From positions 1,290,001 through 1,322,000 of the forward strand of contig NZ_CP066019.1 in NCBI RefSeq assembly GCF_016127575.1: a stretch of DNA of 32,000 nt. Reading direction: 5' to 3'. Positions within the stretch are counted from its first letter, which is position 1, and the number at the start of each line of letters is the position of its first letter. A model generated the notes under the pieces. That model saw only the letters and a list, made by a program, of their open reading frames with translations, was not told the DNA's origin and made no database searches. Shown here in pieces: positions 15,568-22,046 of this stretch. The translations under genes and the position numbers were made by a program. The DNA is from Cupriavidus necator (GTDB lineage Bacteria; Pseudomonadota; Gammaproteobacteria; Burkholderiales; Burkholderiaceae).

Positions 15568-16177
15568 CGTGGAAGGTAGTGCCGGGATTGGGGTCCTTGA
15601 TGCCGCCATTGGACAGGTGCTGGAACCGGTAGCCCGCGGCAAAGCGCCGGTCCTTGCCCACCGTCAAGCCGATCCCGGCGTACTCCGAGAACTGGAAGGC
15701 GGTGGAAATGTCGTGGTTGGCCGAGGTGTGCGTGCTGGTCAGCAGGCGCGGCCCGACCGACAGCTCGAGGAAGGGCACCCAGGTGTGGCGCCACCATGCG
15801 ATCCGCACCACCGGCGAGGCACCAAACTCCCATAGGTCGTTGGGCTGGTTGTCGCTGCTGCTGCGCCAGCGCGCAATGTTGACCTCCCATTGCAGGTCGA
15901 CCTGCCAGCCTTGCGGATTGCCCCACGCAAAGCCCGAATCCCACAACATGGCGACCTCCGCCTTCTGCACGTCGTGGCCATCGTCGAAGCCGTAGCCAAG
16001 CTGCACGGCAGGCGCGGCGCGTGCCGTCGCTGCCAGGCACAAGGACAGGGCAAGCAGGCCCGCGGCGACGGTGCGGCGCACCCGCTGTTGCCACGCATGT
16101 CGGCAGGGCGGGGGTGGATGGAACGAGGAACAACTCACACGGCGGTCTTGTCTGGCTTCTGGTTCGTGTCGGCGCAT
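15542..16177 (-). CDS. pagL: PagL-like lipid A 3-O-deacylase / acyloxyacyl hydrolase outer-membrane protein
   Basis: It has a signal peptide (RRTVAAGLLALSLCLAATARA-AP), beta-barrel-like alternating strands, the catalytic-type motif YRFQHLSNGGIKDPNPG (His/Ser of PagL) and a terminal aromatic ...YLRYRF. The longest ATG start is 16177. GTG 16081 (VRRTVAAG...) would give a 179-aa product closer to known PagL sizes. Confidence 0.75.
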   Translation of the reverse strand: MRRHEPEARQDRRVSCSSFHPPPPCRHAWQQRVRRTVAAGLLALSLCLAATARAAPAVQLGYGFDDGHDVQKAEVAMLWDSGFAWGNPQGWQVDLQWEVNIARWRSSSDNQPNDLWEFGASPVVRIAWWRHTWVPFLELSVGPRLLTSTHTSANHDISTAFQFSEYAGIGLTVGKDRRFAAGYRFQHLSNGGIKDPNPGTTFHVIYLRYRF

Positions 16178-16426
16178 GGGAAGCACGGATGAAGAGGTGC
16201 TGCGTTGTTGTCCGGCAAGGCATGAGCCGGCCGCCACGGCGGGCGCTAGCTTGCACATGCGCTGCCTCCCTGCCTTATTTGTAGTACACGCGAGGCCACG
16301 TTGCGATGGTCGGATTTGTTCAAGCGTGGTCGAGCGCCCGTCCGGCGCTCTGCGTCGGGACAAAGAAAAAAATAATCGTGCTAACATTCGCGCGCCGGCG
16401 CCGGCTACAAGGCCGCGCCGGTTCGT

Positions 16427-16582
16427 TACGTCTTCAGGGCGGGGTGAAAGTCCCCACCGGCGGTATGCCGCGGCGCGCAGTGCGTGTCCGGCGAGCCCGC
16501 GAGCGCTCGCATTCCCGTGCGAGGTCAGCAGACCTGGTGAGAGGCCAGGGCCGACGGTCATAGTCCGGATGAAAGAAGATGG
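16427..16582 (+). promoter_or_regulatory. FMN riboswitch (RFN element) aptamer
   Basis: cgtCTTCAGGGCGGGGTGAAAGTCCCCACCGGCGGTA...AGCCCGCGAGCG...GGTCAGCAGACCTGGTGAGAGGCCAGGGCCGACGGTCATAGTCCGGATGAAAGAAGatg matches the conserved RFN core blocks. P1 is CTTC...GAAG. It lies upstream of ribB. Confidence 0.9.
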
Positions 16583-16756
16583 GCGGAGCTTGCCCGCGCG
16601 GCCCGGCGCCTTGCCCGAGCCTTGCGGTTCGCTGTTGCCTTGCGCCGCGCGCAGGGCGCGGCTGTTCGTGCGTGCGCTTCAGGCGCGGCGTGCGGCGCTG
16701 CAACTCCGTTGATCCTTCCCCTGGAACGCCCATTGATGCTGAACAAGGAGCGTTTC

Positions 16757-17440
16757 ATGCCTAGCCTTTCCACCGAAGCTGTTGCACCCGAGGTGTCCGC
16801 GGATCTTGCCGCCGATGCCGCCCCCCGTTCCCTGGCCGCGCGCATCGCGCAGGCGCTGGACGCCATGCGCGAAGGCCGTCCGGTCGTGCTGCTCGACGAT
16901 GACGACCGCGAGAACGAGGCCGACCTGATTCTGGCCGCGGAACGCCTGACGAATGCCAATATGGCGATGATGATCCGCGAATGCAGCGGCATCGTCTGCC
17001 TGTGCCTGACCGAGGACAAGGTGCGCAGCCTCGGCCTGCGGCCGATGGTCGAGCACAACCGCAGCCAGTATGGCACCGCCTTCACGGTATCGATCGAAGC
17101 CCGCGAAGGTGTCGGCACGGGTGTCAGCGCCGCCGACCGCATCACCACCATCCGCGCTGCCATTGCCGGGGATGCGGGCACCGATGCTGTGGTCAGCCCC
17201 GGCCATGTGTTTCCGCTGGTGGCGCGCGACGGCGGGGTGCTGGTGCGCCGCGGCCATACCGAGGGCTCGGTCGACCTGGCCCGCATGGCAGGCCTGTCAC
17301 CGGCCGCGGTGCTGTGCGAGCTGATGAACCCCGACGGCACCATGGCACGCCGGCCGGAGGCGCTGGCCTTTGCCGAGATGTACCAGCTACCGGTGCTGAC
17401 CATCGAGGACCTGGTGGCCTGGCGCCGCCTGCACGACTGA
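16757..17440 (+). CDS. ribB: 3,4-dihydroxy-2-butanone-4-phosphate synthase
   Basis: [23 protein letters not shown]..., [14 protein letters not shown]..., [61 protein letters not shown] are canonical RibB motifs. I chose the start at ATG 16757 because of AAGGAGCGTTTC-ATG. The track ORF start at 16622 lies inside the riboswitch leader. Confidence 0.9.
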   Translation: MPSLSTEAVAPEVSADLAADAAPRSLAARIAQALDAMREGRPVVLLDDDDRENEADLILAAERLTNANMAMMIRECSGIVCLCLTEDKVRSLGLRPMVEHNRSQYGTAFTVSIEAREGVGTGVSAADRITTIRAAIAGDAGTDAVVSPGHVFPLVARDGGVLVRRGHTEGSVDLARMAGLSPAAVLCELMNPDGTMARRPEALAFAEMYQLPVLTIEDLVAWRRLHD

Positions 17441-17544
17441 AAAGTCGCCGCCTGCACGCACCCCGGCATGCAAACGCGCCCGGGATGCGTGCTTCCTGTG
17501 CGACAATGCGGATCGCTTTTTCCCGTCTATATGAGGGCAATTCC

Positions 17545-18132
17545 ATGATGTTCCGCATTTTTAGGCACGCAGCCGCGTTTGCTGGCTGCCTGCTCGGACT
17601 GGCCGCACCGCTGGCGCATGCCGAAGGCAGCGCCGCGACGGCGCCGTCCCCCGTTCCCTCCAGCACCACCCGCCCGGCTGCCGCCGCTGGCCTGTACGAG
17701 TGCCAGGTCGCTGGCACCGGCACGGTATTCCGGTCCACGCCCAGGGAAGGCTGCCGGCTGGTCGCGGCACCCGATCCCGCCGCCCCCGATCCGCAACGAT
17801 GGCTTCCCCTGATGGGTGCCAACGGCGTGATTTCGTATTTCGATCAATCCACGGTGCGCCGCCAGGGCACCGAAGTCGGCGTGGTGGTGATGCGCAATTC
17901 GCCGTCGGGGGTGATCCGCACCGCCAGCGGCGAGCCGATCCGCTCGTCGCTCAAGCGCATGGTGCTGAACTGCGCCACGTCCATGTTCGCCGTGGTCGAG
18001 CAGACGCTCTACAGCAAGCGCTTTGCGCGCGGCGATTCGCTCTATACGATCCGCGCGCCGCAGTACGGCACCTTCCAGGTCGCCGGCCCCGGCACGATTG
18101 CCGGAGAGTTGCTGCGCAAGCTGTGCCGGTAA
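17545..18132 (+). CDS. Secreted hypothetical protein with a protein-E ('surface adhesin E')-like C-terminal domain
   Basis: Signal peptide MMFRIFRHAAAFAGCLLGLAAPLAHA-EG, then a Pro/Ala/Ser linker. It then has a DUF4124-like LYECQ..G..VFRSTP..GC segment. The last part is W.P......VISYFDQSTV.R.G..V.VVV...........S....MVLNC......VVEQTLYS...G.........P....F.....GTI...LL.KLC. The family call is from memory only. This is the last 195 codons of track ORF 16981..18132. Confidence 0.55.
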   Translation: MMFRIFRHAAAFAGCLLGLAAPLAHAEGSAATAPSPVPSSTTRPAAAAGLYECQVAGTGTVFRSTPREGCRLVAAPDPAAPDPQRWLPLMGANGVISYFDQSTVRRQGTEVGVVVMRNSPSGVIRTASGEPIRSSLKRMVLNCATSMFAVVEQTLYSKRFARGDSLYTIRAPQYGTFQVAGPGTIAGELLRKLCR

Positions 18133-18307
18133 GCCTGGCGGCGAGCGGCGATCCACGGCTGCCTGTCCAGCTCCCTATCAGGGTTTGTCCCGGTCAACGG
18201 CGCGCAAACCTTCCTCGTTGATGCTGGTGACAGGGCGCGAGCCAAAAGCGCCCGTCATGGCAGGCATCCCTGCCATACCTACCCGCAGGGCAAACGAGGA
18301 GACGGAA

Positions 18308-18541
18308 ATGAAGAAATGGATCGTCATGCTGTCGATGGCAATGTTCGGTGCGGGCGCGATGGCGCAGACGCCGGCTACTCCGGCGACGCCTGCCACCCCG
18401 GCCACGCCGGCGGCAGCGTCGACTGACAAGGCCGCGCCGGCCAAGGCAGACAGCAGCAAGGCCAAGGCCAAGAAGACCGGCAGCAAGAAGAAGAGCCACG
18501 CGCCTGCGGCCAAGGATCCGACGAAGAACAAAGGCGCCTGA
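18308..18541 (+). CDS. Small secreted low-complexity protein (77 aa), Asr (acid-shock protein)-like: TPA repeats plus a Lys/Ala-rich tail
   Basis: GAGGAGACGGAA-ATG. The product is MKKWIVMLSMAMFGAGAMA-QTPATPATPATPATPAAASTDKAAPAKADSSKAKAKKTGSKKKSHAPAAKDPTKNKGA. It has a Sec signal with AxA cleavage. The composition resembles the periplasmic Asr family. Confidence 0.6.
   Translation: MKKWIVMLSMAMFGAGAMAQTPATPATPATPATPAAASTDKAAPAKADSSKAKAKKTGSKKKSHAPAAKDPTKNKGA
18368..18412 (+). repeat. 9-nt period coding tandem repeat (ACN CCN GCN) x5 encoding (Thr-Pro-Ala)5
   Basis: acg ccg gct / act ccg gcg / acg cct gcc / acc ccg gcc / acg ccg gcg. Synonymous positions differ between units, so the repeat is maintained at protein level. 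Confidence 0.85.
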
Positions 18542-18741
18542 GCGCGCTGATGATGGCGGCGGGCGCACGGCTCCCCGGCAAGCGGGGAGGCAGGCTGCGC
18601 CCGTGACTGCCATGCCGCCACGCAGATAATGGCCGGCCGCGCCTGCATGGCGCGGACCCGCCGTGCGCAGGACAGCCCCGCGGCACGCGTTGCGTGTCTT
18701 CCGGGGGGATAGAGCAGGGCATGTCCGGGCGGATCGCAACC

Positions 18742-18766
18742 AGGAGGCTTCGGCCTCCTTTTTTTC
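18742..18766 (+). terminator. Strong rho-independent terminator about 200 nt downstream of the Asr-like stop codon
   Basis: aggaggc-ttcg-gcctcct followed by ttttttt (18760-18766). It has a UUCG-type tetraloop. No CDS ends nearby. Confidence 0.75.
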
Positions 18767-18901
18767 GTCCGCTGCCGCAGGGCGGCTGCCGCCGCGCCGG
18801 CTTTGCGCCTGCGCCGCCGCACGCTATGCTTGCGGGCATCGTGCCGGACCGGGCGTGGAGCCCTCGCGCCGGCGCAGGCCAACTCGGACGGGAGCGGTCT
18901 T

Positions 18902-20644
18902 ATGGCAACGCTAGCGGTGTGGCGGCGGTGGCGGCGATTGACGGCATTCTGGATGGCGGGACTGGGCTGGGTGATAGGCACGCTGTGGATGCAAGCCAGC
19001 CTGGCTGCGCCGGCGTCCGAGCCCGCGGCCGTGCCGGCTCCGATCGCCGTGCGCAGCGGCGCTGCGGTCGAGCTGCGCCTGATGGATCGGCCCATCGCCA
19101 CCATGCGCGCCGAGATCGCGGGAGCCACCCCGGCCATGCGCGTCTCGCGCGCGCAGCTGGTGTTCGACGACCTGACGGAAAGCGAACTGGCACTGCCGCT
19201 CGGGCAGGCCAGCGGCACGTTCGGCGATGCGCCGATGGTCGCCTTCCGGCTGGGCGACCGGCTCTTGTTCGCGCTGACCTCGCAAGACCTCTCCCCGGAG
19301 GATCACCTTACGCTTGAGGCTGCCGCAACGCGCACCGCGGCGGGCCTGCGCCAGGCCATTGCCGCGCGGCGCGCGCACCTGCACTGGCCCAACCTGCTGC
19401 GCGGCGCCGCGCTGAGCCTGCTTGGCCTGGCCGTGCTGGCCGCGCTGACATGGGGCGTGGCGCGAGCCGGCGTGGCCCTGCGCGCTCGCCTGCAGGTGGC
19501 ACTGGAGCGCCACCTGGCGCGGCGCGTCGGCGGCCAGTTCGACTGGACCGGCGCGCTCTACCACCTGGTTGCCCGCATCGTGCAGATCCTGGCGATCGGG
19601 CTGGTGCTGGTGCTGGCCTTTGCCTGGCTGGAGTTTGCGCTCGAGCTGTTTCCGCTGACCCAGCCCATGGGCGACCGCATGGGCGCCTTTATCGTCGGCT
19701 TGCTGTCGCAGATCGCGCTGTCGATGGTGTCGTCGGTGCCGGGCCTGGTCACGGTGGCGGTGATCGTGCTGATTACCCGCGCGGTGCAGCGGCTGGTGTC
19801 GAATATCTTCAAGGCGGTGCAGAAGGGCCAGATCACGGTGCCCGGCATGCATCCGGAAACCGCGGGCGCCACGCGGCGGCTGGCGGCGGTGGTGATCTGG
19901 GCGCTGGGCTTCACCTTTGCCTACCCCTACATCCCGGGCTCGGACAGCGATGTCTTCAAGGGGCTGTCAGTGCTGCTGGGCTTCATGGTGACGCTGGGAT
20001 CGGCCAACGTGGTCAACCAGCTGATGAGCGGCATGGTGGTGGTGTATTCGCGTGCGCTGCGGCGTGGCGACATGGTGTGCATCGGCGATACGGTGGGCAC
20101 CGTGGCCTCGCTCGACGCCCTGTCGGTGAAGGTGATCAACCTGCGCAATGAAGAGGTGACGCTGCCCAATGCGGTGGTGGTCGGCAGTGCCATCCATAAC
20201 TACACCCGGCACGGCAGCGTGCGTGATCCCCGCGTGCAGGAAGGCTGGCAGGCTGCGCTGATCTCGACTTCGGTCACGATCGGCTACGACACGCCCTGGC
20301 GGCAGGTCCATGCGATGCTGCTGGCAGCCGCCGCCGAGGCGGCGCATATTGCGCCGTCGCCGACGTCATTCGTGCTGCAGCGGGGGCTGTCCGACTTCTA
20401 CGTCGAGTACGAACTGTTCTGCGCGCTGGACCATCCGCGCAATCGCTTCTACGCGCTGTCGGCACTGCACGCGGCGATCCAGGACCAGTTCAACACCCAC
20501 GGGGTGCAGATCATGTCGCCGCATTTCATGGCGCAGCCGGACAAGACCGTCTACGTGCCCGGGACCAGGTGGTACGAGGAACCCGGGTCGCCGCAGGTCG
20601 ATCCGGCGGCGCGGCCGCATCGCGCGCCGTCGCGCGCGGCATGA
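18902..20644 (+). CDS. Large MscS-family mechanosensitive channel (580 aa) with an N-terminal periplasmic/TM extension
   Basis: The MscS core is LSVLLGFMVTLGSANVVNQLMSGMVVVYSRALRRGDMVCIGDTVGTVASLDALSVKVINLRNEEVTLPNAVVVGSAIHNYTR. Several TM helices lie upstream. The start is at ATG 18902 (GGGAGCGGTCTT-ATG; MATLAVWRRWRRLTAFWMAGLGW...), internal to track ORF 18803... Confidence 0.85.
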   Translation: MATLAVWRRWRRLTAFWMAGLGWVIGTLWMQASLAAPASEPAAVPAPIAVRSGAAVELRLMDRPIATMRAEIAGATPAMRVSRAQLVFDDLTESELALPLGQASGTFGDAPMVAFRLGDRLLFALTSQDLSPEDHLTLEAAATRTAAGLRQAIAARRAHLHWPNLLRGAALSLLGLAVLAALTWGVARAGVALRARLQVALERHLARRVGGQFDWTGALYHLVARIVQILAIGLVLVLAFAWLEFALELFPLTQPMGDRMGAFIVGLLSQIALSMVSSVPGLVTVAVIVLITRAVQRLVSNIFKAVQKGQITVPGMHPETAGATRRLAAVVIWALGFTFAYPYIPGSDSDVFKGLSVLLGFMVTLGSANVVNQLMSGMVVVYSRALRRGDMVCIGDTVGTVASLDALSVKVINLRNEEVTLPNAVVVGSAIHNYTRHGSVRDPRVQEGWQAALISTSVTIGYDTPWRQVHAMLLAAAAEAAHIAPSPTSFVLQRGLSDFYVEYELFCALDHPRNRFYALSALHAAIQDQFNTHGVQIMSPHFMAQPDKTVYVPGTRWYEEPGSPQVDPAARPHRAPSRAA

Positions 20645-20673
20645 ACGCCGGCGGCGCGAGCGCTCAGCGCCGC

Positions 20674-21105
20674 TTACTCATCGACGTGGCGCGACTTCCA
20701 TTGCCCGTTGGACTGCTTGCAGAACCAGCCGCTCCAGTGCTCTTCAGCGCTGCCGCGCTTGAGGTCAGACTTCAGGCGCCGGCAGGGCTGGCCCTTGTCG
20801 GTCTTGCTTTCGACCGGCGTGATGGTGCCGTCGATCTGCTGGCGCCGCCCCGCCGCCGGGAACGTCCATTCAACCGTCTTGCCGTCGGCCGTATCGTTCA
20901 GTGCGGTGCGCACTGACTTGGCCAGCGATGCGCCTTCCTTGTCGTTGAGCGTGCCGATGATGGTGCCGCTCAGGTAGTTGTCGAAGTACGCCTGCGCCGG
21001 TGCCGCAGCGGCAAACAGCAGGGCGGCACCAAGCGCGCCAGTGACGGCGGCGCGCAGGGCAGGGCGGACAGGGCTGACGGTAGGGTCGGATGGCCGAGGC
21101 AGCAT
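20674..21105 (-). CDS. Secreted 'surface antigen'-like protein (COG4520 / RT0821-Lpp0805-type)
   Basis: AAGGAATCGTC-ATG, with signal ...VTGALGAALLFAAAAPAQA-YF. The C-terminal pattern TVEWTFPAAGRRQQIDGTITPVESKTDKGQPCRRLKSDL.......HWSGWFCKQSNGQWK matches the W..P.sG..G.i.p.......CR.f........ ...aC+..dG.W pattern of that family. The call is from memory. Confidence 0.55.
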   Translation of the reverse strand: MLPRPSDPTVSPVRPALRAAVTGALGAALLFAAAAPAQAYFDNYLSGTIIGTLNDKEGASLAKSVRTALNDTADGKTVEWTFPAAGRRQQIDGTITPVESKTDKGQPCRRLKSDLKRGSAEEHWSGWFCKQSNGQWKSRHVDE

Positions 21106-21307
21106 GACGATTCCTTGTGGCTTCGTGGTGGCGTTTGGGTGGCATTGTAAGCGCAATGCAGCGCCGCAGCGGCGCTGCGGTGCGGTTGACACGTGCCAGC
21201 CGCTGACCTAGCGTTGATTGTTGCCCCCGCGCTTCGCGTCGGCCGGCAGCGGCGCCTGCCGTGCGCTTTGCAAGGCAAGCGCCTTTCCCCCAGCGAGAGG
21301 AGATCCC

Positions 21308-21679
21308 ATGAAGCTGAGCTATCTGACCATCGGCCTGGCCCTGGCCTGCGCATTCGGCACGCTGCACGCCCAGACCACGGGCAAGGCCGACAAATTCAAT
21401 CCTTACACTGACGGCGCCAAGCAAGACAAGTTCAGTACCTACTCCGATGGCGCCAAGCAGGACAAATTCAGCCCGTACTCGGATGGCGCAAAAAGCGACA
21501 ACGTGACTTCGCTGAACCCGGGTGCCCGCCCTGACCAGATGGAGCCGATCCAGGGCGGCGCGCAGAAATCCTTCGACTCATATAGCCAGGGTGGCATGAA
21601 GAGCGGGAAGTTCGATCCGTATTCCGAAGGCGCCAAGAGCGGCAAGTTCGATCCGTACAGCGAAGGCGCTAAAAAGTAA
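21308..21679 (+). CDS. Secreted repeat protein (123 aa) built from 12-residue (D/G)KF(x)(P/T)Y(S/T)(D/E)GAK(x) units; no family recognised
   Basis: GAGAGGAGATCCC-ATG, with signal MKLSYLTIGLALACAFGTLHA-Q. It continues DKFNPYTDGAKQ / DKFSTYSDGAKQ / DKFSPYSDGAKS, then a linker with a degenerate KSFDSYSQGGMKS, then GKFDPYSEGAKS / GKFDPYSEGAKK*. Confidence 0.65.
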   Translation: MKLSYLTIGLALACAFGTLHAQTTGKADKFNPYTDGAKQDKFSTYSDGAKQDKFSPYSDGAKSDNVTSLNPGARPDQMEPIQGGAQKSFDSYSQGGMKSGKFDPYSEGAKSGKFDPYSEGAKK

Positions 21680-22046
21680 CACCGTATTAAAAGGGCCGGC
21701 TGCCGGCCGGCCCCGATCCGCACCAGATTCTCGCAGCCGGGAGGCATTCGCCTCGCCGGAGCTTGCGGCCGCGTGATCCCGACGCCCGCAAAGCCTCGTC
21801 CGGAGCGGCTTTCAGGCAACCTGGCCAACATTTTGTTTCAAACCTTGCGTGATCGAAACGTGACTTTTGCGTCTCGAATTGTTATGGTTTATTGCGCATC
21901 GCAACAAACCGGACACAGTGCCCCGCGGGCCGTCTGCCTCGTGTCCGGGCCTCGCCACTCGGCGCCGGGCCCGTCTCTTGCTGTGTCGTCCTTCGTTCCG
22001 ACTGCCGATGCCGGTCACCCCGATTCAACCGCTTACCCTGGCATAC

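Noticed and set aside
13066-15642. 385-aa (13066..14223) and 333-aa (14641..15642) minus-strand ORFs, and a 242-aa ORF (14378..15106)
   Set aside because: They are antisense to the amidohydrolase/LysR and MmyB-like genes, which have textbook HTH motifs on the plus strand. They are shadow ORFs.
16178-16561. N-terminal 128-codon extension of the pagL ORF (track ORF 15542..16561)
   Set aside because: The extension has no signal-peptide logic and runs across the divergent promoter region into the FMN riboswitch aptamer on the other strand. The PagL signal peptide begins far downstream.
16981-17544. First 188 codons of the 383-aa ORF 16981..18132, which would fuse into the secreted protein
   Set aside because: This part is an alternative frame of ribB (Arg/Pro/Gly-rich). 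A proper SD, ATG and signal peptide begin at 17545.
18368-18412. Short tandem repeat considered as a CRISPR/VNTR-like element
   Set aside because: It has a 9-nt period and five units, lies in frame inside a CDS, and encodes (TPA)5. There are no spacers and no repeat-spacer architecture.
18700-18770. Possible tRNA-like or other known structured RNA near ggggggatagagcagggc...
   Set aside because: No cloverleaf can be drawn: there is no acceptor stem pairing and no T-loop GTTCRA. Only the terminal hairpin is convincing.
21693-21713. Hairpin gggccggc-tgccg-gccggccc after the repeat-protein gene as a canonical intrinsic terminator
   Set aside because: No U-run follows on the plus strand, and the A-run precedes it. 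It may still act as a GC-rich terminator, but that cannot be supported from sequence alone.
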